A stretch of 64,000 nucleotides of DNA from an uncultured Actinomycetota bacterium (GTDB taxonomy: Bacteria > Actinomycetota > Actinomycetes > Mycobacteriales > Mycobacteriaceae). Position 1 is the stretch's first letter; each line of letters starts with the position of its first letter. The notes beneath the pieces were generated by a model. That model had not been told where the DNA came from. It saw only the letters and a program-made list of their open reading frames with translations, and searched no databases. The position numbers and the translations under genes were made by a program. Positions 61,137 to 64,000 of this stretch are shown here, one piece after another. The stretch covers positions 62,860-126,859 of the forward strand of contig CAWBSW010000040.1 in NCBI GenBank assembly GCA_963791535.1, given 5' to 3'.

Positions 61137-62230
61137 GCGATCTGCTGTACTCCGACACCGAAGAAGCATTGCGGGACAGTGTGCGCCGTCTGTTCGCCGA
61201 CCGGTGCCCGCCGGAAGCGGTGATGAGTCCTATGACGCTGCGCCGCATGATTTCTCCGATGTCTGGCACGCGCTGGCCGCCGACCTGGGCATGGCCGGCT
61301 TGCTGGTGCCCGAGCAACTCGGCGGCGCGGGCGCGGTGCCCGCGAGGCGGCCGTCGTCATGGAGGAGATCGGCCGCGCCGTCGCGCCGGTGCCGTTTCTG
61401 TCCAGTGCGGTGCTGGCCACCGTCGCGCTGCTGGAGGCCGGCGACACCGAGACGGTCAAGGGATTGGCGGCGGGATCGCTGACCGCTGCGCTGGTGGTGC
61501 CGCTGTCCACCGCGCCGGGTGACGCGGTGGCCGGTGTCAGCTGGAGCGGCGATGGGCTGACCGGACGGGTCACCAGCGTGGCCGGCGCGGACGAGGCCGA
61601 CGTGCTGGTGGTGCCGGTGGCCGGGCCGGACGGACTGGAGTTGCACATCGTCGCCCGTGACGCAGCTGGCGTCGACGTGTCGCCGGTGCTCACCCTGGAT
61701 ATGACGAGACCCCTTGCGAATATTGACTTTTCCGCGGCTGCGTCGTCGCGCGTCGGCGCGTGCGCCTGCCGACGCTGCGGTGCGCGGCGGCGCTGGAGAC
61801 GGGTGCGGCGCTGCTCGCGTCCGAGCAACTGGGCATCGCGCAGTGGTGTTTCGACACCACACTGGCCTATGCCAAGCAGCGCAAGCAGTTCGGCCGGGCG
61901 ATCGGGTCCTACCAGGCGATCAAGCATCGGCTGGCCGATCTGTGGATCGAAGTCAATTCCGCTGCGGCGGCGGCCCGATATGCCGCCGACACCTGCGCTC
62001 GTCGAGACGACGACGCGACGATCGCCGCGGCCGTCGCGCAGGCCTATTGCAGCGGAGTCGCCGTGCACGCCGCCGAAGAATGTGTTCAGCTGCACGGCGG
62101 CATCGGAATGACGTGGGAGTACCCGGCGCATCTTTACCTGAAGCGGGCCAAGAGCGATCAATTGGCGTTCGGCACCGCCTACCGTCACCGCGCCCGGTTG
62201 GCCGAGTTGGTCGACTTGCCGGTGTCCTGA
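61133..62230 (+). CDS. Acyl-CoA dehydrogenase (partner subunit); several apparent frameshifts
   Basis: EEIGR, RKQFGRAIGSYQAIKH, QLHGGIG spread over several frames. Confidence 0.82.

Positions 62231-64000
<1,770 letters not shown>

Overview
High-GC mycobacterial chromosomal window. 0-39.7 kb follows the M. tuberculosis Rv1632c-Rv1608c gene order (coaE, rpsA, polA, KstR-box thiolase pair, pdtaR, tRNA-Leu(CAA), cya, cydABDC, lysX2-like, tesB1, pyk, lgt, trpABC/trpE, bcpB). It carries small insertions and a decayed islet at the tRNA (integrase and resolvase remnants, NmtR-CtpJ-like metal module). 39.7-50.9 kb is an accessory region, after which synteny jumps to dapB (Rv2773c region), three tandem small secreted paralogues and a fatty-acid/acyl-CoA catabolic cluster with many 1-bp indels that are probably sequencing errors. 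Two observations stand out. (1) Five co-oriented copies of a 28-bp motif (consensus TGRYRYCGAYTVSSYGAADWACWHTYY) at 42305, 44893, 45710, 46252 and 47719 split unrelated cargo genes into cassette-like units, starting exactly where a DUF222/HNH gene is cut. This is a candidate undescribed cassette-accretion system. (2) An IS110 element has an upstream non-coding region that folds into a two-loop bridge-RNA-like structure whose four guide segments match the element's own ends and its flanking target. All calls come from reading the sequence; no database search was run.
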